Source: a virus. From it: DNA of 38,317 nucleotides. The notes beneath the pieces are model-generated. The model ran no database searches. It saw only the letters and a list, made by a program, of their open reading frames with translations, and was not told the origin of the DNA. Position numbers and translations under genes: made by a program. Each line of letters begins with the position of its first letter. Positions within the stretch are counted from its first letter, which is position 1. Location: positions 1-38,317 of the IMG/VR virus record IMGVR_UViG_3300009285_000031; one strand, written 5' to 3'. Shown in pieces: positions 34,547 through 38,317 of the stretch.

Positions 34547-35842
34547 TTATTTGTCATACCAGTCATCGTCAGTCGATTTTACCTGACGAAATTCACCGTC
34601 AAGCAATTTCTGCAAATGCGTCTTTACAACTGGATACGGGCAGAACGCCTTGTCCCGCAGCCATATCGTTTTCACCGTAACATACCGGTTGGCGTCCATG
34701 AGATGATTGTTGAGGTCGAGCGGTTTTGCCGCGGAATAGTTGTCCGGGTCGAAATCTTTGTACTGATACGATTCGTACTCCGCTTCAGTTTCCGGGCACT
34801 TGCCTCTGAAAATCTTATGCGCGTGTGACCTGATAATCGCCAGGTGAACAGAGATCCCGTACTCGATTCCTTTTTCAGTAACCGCATCGATCGGGATACC
34901 TGATTTCTGAAACAGAGCGATGAGTCCCGGCTCCGCGCAGTCGGCGTACCACATCTTGACGCCGTACACCTTTTGGTATTGCTTCGTTATGGTGATCTGC
35001 TCGTCCGGAGTGTGCCCGCTCATTTTGTATTCCGAGACCTGGTAGTCATGCATTCCGTCGTTACTGATGGCGCGGATGGTGAGCGCGAACGGGTCTGTAT
35101 AGCCCCAATCGATCCCGCCGTACACCTGGTACTTCGACATGTCAATCTGAAAAGGATCGGTGTAGTTATGGAAATCAAAGTCGGCATAGACAAGGCCGGC
35201 CATGCGCTCGAACTTCCCCTCGTACCGCATTCCGAACATCCGCGCATCGAGAAGCTCTTTTTGCCGCGCGTACTCTTCGGGAGGGAAATACGGGTTGTCA
35301 ATGCTTCGGAACTGAACTATCTCAACGTCGTCGCGCTTCCCCGCCTTCCACGGCTCGTACAGGTCGCGATAGAGAAACGTGTTGAGCCGGTATGGAGTAG
35401 TTGACAGAAAAATATCAGCCTGTTTCGGTGCGGCGCGGCCCATGAGGTTTATCCATGCCTGCGTGGAGAATAACCCTGCCTCATCTCCCCAGATCGCACG
35501 GCAGTTGGTTATACCCTCGCAGCTCCACTCGTTATCCATCGACCTGATAAAAACCTTCGTGCCGTGATGAAACCGGAACTCCATGTCGCCTTTGAACAAT
35601 GTCCCCATGTCGGAATGCAATCTCATAAATGCAGGGAGAGTTGAACTGGTCAACAGCTTGTAAGTCGGAGCGCACACGATCATGCAGTCGTCTTTGTCGG
35701 TGTACTCGCTCGCCTTCATCCGGTGCCAGAGTGACCCTGAAAAAGTCTTACCGGATTGAATCCCGGCAACCGCGGCAGTGATGCGCTTGCCGGAAAAGAG
35801 CGCCTGCTTCTGAAATTTGTGAAGAGTGATTTCTTTACTCAT
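34547..35842 (-). CDS. terL: Terminase large subunit.
   Basis: Walker A AGIQSGKTFSG, Walker B-like AIWGDEAGLF and a C-terminal nuclease-like region are present. The start at MSKEITL (35842) was preferred. Confidence 0.9.
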   Translation of the reverse strand: MSKEITLHKFQKQALFSGKRITAAVAGIQSGKTFSGSLWHRMKASEYTDKDDCMIVCAPTYKLLTSSTLPAFMRLHSDMGTLFKGDMEFRFHHGTKVFIRSMDNEWSCEGITNCRAIWGDEAGLFSTQAWINLMGRAAPKQADIFLSTTPYRLNTFLYRDLYEPWKAGKRDDVEIVQFRSIDNPYFPPEEYARQKELLDARMFGMRYEGKFERMAGLVYADFDFHNYTDPFQIDMSKYQVYGGIDWGYTDPFALTIRAISNDGMHDYQVSEYKMSGHTPDEQITITKQYQKVYGVKMWYADCAEPGLIALFQKSGIPIDAVTEKGIEYGISVHLAIIRSHAHKIFRGKCPETEAEYESYQYKDFDPDNYSAAKPLDLNNHLMDANRYVTVKTIWLRDKAFCPYPVVKTHLQKLLDGEFRQVKSTDDDWYDK

Positions 35843-36233
35843 GTTTATCGCCGCATAAAGGACGAACGCGGCTTCCAAGCTCCATCAACTTTAATCCGTC
35901 CGAATCTTTGATGATGACAGGCTCAATGCCGGAGATGTTCAGAGACTTACTATCTGTCCATCCCATATTTTTCAAAACGAAAATTGGCCCAGCAGGAGAA
36001 GTAGAGTTGACACGCTCCTCGTATTTACCCTCAATTCTCAACATCGCTCTTTTTATTGTGTCCGAAAAGGCTTTCTTTTTTTCGTATTCGTAAATCGTAC
36101 CGCGACTGTTGAATCCAAGGGCGAGAGCGAGTCCGCATATGGTTTTGAACTCTTCTTTGTCGTCAAAGTATTTGTCAATTAACACCTGCATTTCTTCAGG
36201 CGAGTTGAATATCGGTGGTCGTCCTGTTTGCAT
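35835..36233 (-). CDS. terS: Terminase small subunit.
   Basis: The segments GRPPIFNSPEEMQVLIDKYF, CGLALALGF and FVLKNMGWTD resemble small-terminase HTH proteins. The gene is directly upstream of TerL. Confidence 0.6.
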   Translation of the reverse strand: MQTGRPPIFNSPEEMQVLIDKYFDDKEEFKTICGLALALGFNSRGTIYEYEKKKAFSDTIKRAMLRIEGKYEERVNSTSPAGPIFVLKNMGWTDSKSLNISGIEPVIIKDSDGLKLMELGSRVRPLCGDKHE

Positions 36234-36466
36234 TACCAGATATCCTCGTAAGAAGTTTCGCTGCCTTGTGACATTCTGGCGGCGATCTTCCGCTCATGGT
36301 CGGCGGTGAGGTATACGGTTTTTCCGTTGAGCGGCTTCGGCTGTCGCGAGGCATCGATTTTATCAGCGGGCGGCCTACCTTTTACCGGCATCGAGATCCG
36401 CACCAGGATATACAGTGAGGCGAGAGATATGAGGTAGAGCGGGGCGATCAGTAGGACATCATGCAT
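36233..36466 (-). CDS. Small membrane protein. It is the first gene of the minus-strand operon.
   Basis: The N-terminal hydrophobic segment is LLIAPLYLISLASLYILV. RBS AGGAGGAGG lies upstream. Confidence 0.5.
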   Translation of the reverse strand: MHDVLLIAPLYLISLASLYILVRISMPVKGRPPADKIDASRQPKPLNGKTVYLTADHERKIAARMSQGSETSYEDIW

Positions 36467-36490
36467 GCGGTACCTCCTCCTTTGGTATCA

Positions 36491-36519
36491 ATTATAATAC
36501 CGACCACGTTAAAAATCAA
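36491..36519 (-). promoter_or_regulatory. Sigma70-like promoter for the minus-strand operon.
   Basis: The minus strand reads TTGATT, a 17-nt spacer, TATAAT, then AGGAGG and the ATG at 36466. Confidence 0.4.
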
Positions 36520-36526
36520 GGTTGTT

Positions 36527-36617
36527 CACAACTTATTAACATTTTATTAACAAGTAGTCCACAAGTTATCAACGCACACCATCCTCTCAAATCGTTGTTA
36601 TTAACAAGTTACCAACA
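36527..36617. promoter_or_regulatory. Cluster of iteron-like repeats and palindromes (candidate origin or operator array).
   Basis: TTATTAACA occurs three times (36533, 36544, 36598). ACAAGTTAYCAAC occurs twice (36561-36573, 36604-36616). There is a palindrome TTGTTAtTAACAA (36595-36607). The sequences TTGTTCACA and TAGTCCACA resemble DnaA boxes. Confidence 0.5.
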
Positions 36618-36652
36618 ATCGCCCCTGTGTTCTGGCTTGAACACACTTTTTT

Positions 36653-36692
36653 GTTTTGTTAGCAAAAGTACCTTGTGTTTTGTTAGCAAAAG
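36653..36692. promoter_or_regulatory. Two direct copies of a 16-mer, GTTTTGTTAGCAAAAG, each with internal dyad symmetry (operator-like).
   Basis: The copies lie at 36653-36668 and 36677-36692. The second overlaps the putative -35 element. Confidence 0.5.
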
Positions 36693-36711
36693 CAGTATAT
36701 TTAAGTATGAT
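36683..36711 (+). promoter_or_regulatory. Putative rightward promoter.
   Basis: TTAGCA, a 17-nt spacer, then TATGAT. It is followed by the palindrome GTTGATgATCAAC (36714-36726). Confidence 0.3.
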
Positions 36712-36765
36712 CAGTTGATGATCAACCGGACCGGCGGAACCGTGGAACTGAACAGGGAGAAGAAA

Positions 36766-36951
36766 ATGACAGTACCAACCTACAGAGGAGCAACGCCAAT
36801 GCTAAACGGGGCAGCCGTTGAGATTGCGTACGAAACGTGCGACGGCTTCGGAACGCCACGGTATAAAATCCGTGGTAGTGATAAGTGGTATTCTGGAGGA
36901 TTTGCGATGAGGGGATATGACCACCAAATAGAATTAACCGAAATAAAATAA
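36766..36951 (+). CDS. Small hypothetical protein (61 aa).
   Basis: ATG at 36766 is preceded by GGGAGAAG. The longer track ORF starting at 36595 would read through the regulatory repeats. Confidence 0.45.
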   Translation: MTVPTYRGATPMLNGAAVEIAYETCDGFGTPRYKIRGSDKWYSGGFAMRGYDHQIELTEIK

Positions 36952-36973
36952 CCACCAAGTCCCGGCGATCCGG
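36947..36973 (+). repeat. Copy 1 of a 27-bp repeat that spans the stop codon and a hairpin.
   Basis: AATAACCACCAAGTCCCGGCGATCCGG, compared with 37161-37187 (26 of 27 identical). Confidence 0.85.
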
Positions 36974-36991
36974 TAGAACAGGAAGAAGAAA

Positions 36992-37165
36992 ATGAATGAC
37001 CAGGTTATTATCTACAGAGCGGCTGCTGGTAAATATCGAGTGGTTACCAACCAAATATCGCCCGACAACCGCCCATCGATCGAGTCAAAGTCATGGCCGT
37101 CAATTCGCTCCGCTAAAGCGGAGAGCAAAAAATCAGGCTATGATATCTGTCAGATCGATAAATAA
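36992..37165 (+). CDS. Small hypothetical protein (57 aa, below the ORF-track cutoff).
   Basis: Hand-translated as MNDQVIIYRAAAGKYRVVTNQISPDNRPSIESKSWPSIRSAKAESKKSGYDICQIDK. RBS GGAAGAAG lies upstream. The flanking motifs match those of the previous ORF. Confidence 0.4.
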   Translation: MNDQVIIYRAAAGKYRVVTNQISPDNRPSIESKSWPSIRSAKAESKKSGYDICQIDK

Positions 37166-37187
37166 CCACCAGGTCCCGGCGATCCGG
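37161..37187 (+). repeat. Copy 2 of the 27-bp repeat. Here it forms a 7-bp hairpin, GTCCCGG-cgat-CCGGGAC.
   Basis: AATAACCACCAGGTCCCGGCGATCCGG. Confidence 0.85.
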
Positions 37188-37203
37188 GACATACTATACG
37201 AAA

Positions 37204-37391
37204 AATGGCGTTCTTTTAAATTGTAGGCGCGACGGTGCACCAGGGAAGTAGACGATCACGGATGCGTTATCACCGTAAGGGAGTATAGGTCTGCACCGAT
37301 CTACATGTTTCCGTAAGGTGGCTCGTAATGGCTCGGGCTATGTGATGCTACGTAGCGGGTGGTCGCGCTGAAAATAAGGAAGAACGCCATT
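37204..37391 (+). ncRNA. Candidate structured RNA (bracket-motif element B).
   Basis: It has a 12-bp outer helix (AATGGCGTTCTT 37204-37215 / AAGAACGCCATT 37380-37391), TTGTAG (37221-37226), a 7-bp helix (GCGCGAC 37227-37233 / GTCGCGC 37362-37368) and TGAAAA (37369-37374). Inner helices include GGTGCA/TGCACC. No credible ORF lies here. Confidence 0.55.
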
Positions 37392-37458
37392 CATCGTATA
37401 ACAGCCGCAAGTGTCAATTAAAACGTGCCACTGTGCGGCGTACACAGGAAGGAAAAAA

Positions 37459-37638
37459 ATGGAAAAGAAAAAAACGGGTCGTCCGAGTAGCTATCAAGAA
37501 GGGACGGTAACGGTCGGATGCCGCATCCCGGCATCGTGGTTCAAACTGCTTCCGAAGCCGTACACAAGGTGGCTTGTCGAGGCGATACTGAACCATATTC
37601 AGAAAACTTTGCCGTTCAAAGGGAGGAAAAATGGTTGA
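37459..37638 (+). CDS. Small basic protein (possibly DNA-binding).
   Basis: ATG at 37459 follows GGAAGGAAAAAA. The protein begins MEKKKTGRPSSYQEG. Confidence 0.45.
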   Translation: MEKKKTGRPSSYQEGTVTVGCRIPASWFKLLPKPYTRWLVEAILNHIQKTLPFKGRKNG

Positions 37639-37939
37639 TATCATGTCTGCATCGTATTCGATCGATTCGAAGGCCGACGCGAAAAGGTGTGTATTTGCGT
37701 TTATCTCGATGGTAACCGATCTCGTCCGCTCCGATCATCCGGAACTGAACATCAATGATACGAACGTCACTCTTCGGGCTGGCGTTGCGAACACCGTTGA
37801 GGCAGTGGTTGTCATAAATGACAGGCCCCGCACTTCTCTTTTTACGATCACGGCGTCGGTCAGATATCCGGTTGTCACGTACAAAATCATACCGACCGGT
37901 AGCAACCTGGACGACGTTTTAATAGAGGAGGTTTTCTGA
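37631..37939 (+). CDS. Hypothetical protein.
   Basis: 102-aa ORF with RBS GGGAGGAAAAATG. Confidence 0.55.
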   Translation: MVDIMSASYSIDSKADAKRCVFAFISMVTDLVRSDHPELNINDTNVTLRAGVANTVEAVVVINDRPRTSLFTITASVRYPVVTYKIIPTGSNLDDVLIEEVF

Positions 37940-38317
37940 TGTGTCGAGGAATTGGAGCTATCGCCCTGCAACGAGATCAAAGGCTTGTTTTTAAAAGCGG
38001 GATTAATTCTCACTCGGAAATCAGGAGGGTTTGCGGAGTCGCCGACCTGAAACCAGGAGAGCAGGTAAATCTGGAGGCGCTTCCCGGAAATAATTTCGAC
38101 GACTACAAAAACTGGACCATCCACGTAGATCACGACGGTGAGCCGCCGAAATGGTTTATCGATGACCGGGTCGAAACAGAGTCCCGCTTCAGGGATTTTT
38201 TTGAGAGCGAACTCAAAGAGGTTGTCGCAACAGGTAAATACGGCGGGTATCTGGACCTCCGGGGCACGGCGGTGACCTCGCTCGGGTCACTGCAGTCTGT
38301 CGGCGGGTATCTGGACC
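37939..38317 (+). CDS. 5' part of the wrap-around ORF encoding the LRR-like repeat protein (continues at 74..213 after the overlap is removed).
   Basis: ATG at 37939 follows GAGGAGG. The frame stays open to the end of the window and enters the 60-bp repeats in phase at 38245. Confidence 0.6.
   Translation, partial: MCRGIGAIALQRDQRLVFKSGINSHSEIRRVCGVADLKPGEQVNLEALPGNNFDDYKNWTIHVDHDGEPPKWFIDDRVETESRFRDFFESELKEVVATGKYGGYLDLRGTAVTSLGSLQSVGGYLD
38245..38317. repeat. Terminal redundancy: identical to 1-73.
   Basis: Exact 73-nt match to the start of the window. Confidence 0.9.

Noticed and set aside
36595-36765. The 5' extension of track ORF 36595..36951, and track ORF 36996..37226.
   Set aside because: The extension reads through the operator and iteron repeats and has no RBS. 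The second ORF is out of frame with a better-supported small ORF and runs into the structured element B.
1-38317. Search by eye for tRNA (GTTCRANYC T-loops with acceptor stems), rRNA, CRISPR repeat-spacer arrays and reverse transcriptase or retron components.
   Set aside because: None was found. The only regularly spaced repeats are the 60-bp coding tandem array and the short operator and iteron repeats. The bracket elements have flanking inverted repeats like retron ncRNAs, but no reverse transcriptase gene is present.

Overview
This window looks like a complete tailed-phage genome of about 38.2 kb. The last 73 bp (38245-38317) exactly repeat the first 73 bp, so the contig is circular or terminally redundant, and one ORF (37939..213) reads across the junction. 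The layout has three blocks. (i) Plus-strand early and accessory genes run from about 215 to 14153. They include a DUF4373-like replication organiser, a RecE-like exonuclease, a putative annealing protein, RusA, a C5 DNA methyltransferase, a radical SAM enzyme, a RibD_C/DHFR-family reductase, and a six-gene nonulosonic-acid (pseudaminic/legionaminic-like) sugar pathway. (ii) A 22-kb minus-strand operon (36466 down to 14243) carries packaging and structural genes: TerS, TerL, portal, scaffold, major capsid, decoration protein, fibres, adaptor, tail protein and internal virion proteins. There is no tape measure, tube or sheath, so the virion is probably podovirus-like. (iii) A divergent control region (36467-36766) holds promoters, iterons and palindromes, followed by small plus-strand genes. 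Two signals stand out. First, the sugar pathway is paired with a Maf/DUF115-like nonulosonic-acid transferase and a GT32-like glycosyltransferase sitting among the capsid and fibre genes, which suggests the phage glycosylates its own virion. Second, a conserved long-range helix (TTGTAG-7bp...7bp'-TGAA, with covarying outer helices) occurs three times. It encloses two ORF-free structured segments and, in the third copy, the radical SAM gene from its start codon to about 55 nt before its stop. I saw no tRNA, rRNA, CRISPR array, integrase, DNA polymerase or recognisable endolysin. All family assignments come from motifs read by eye, not from database searches.
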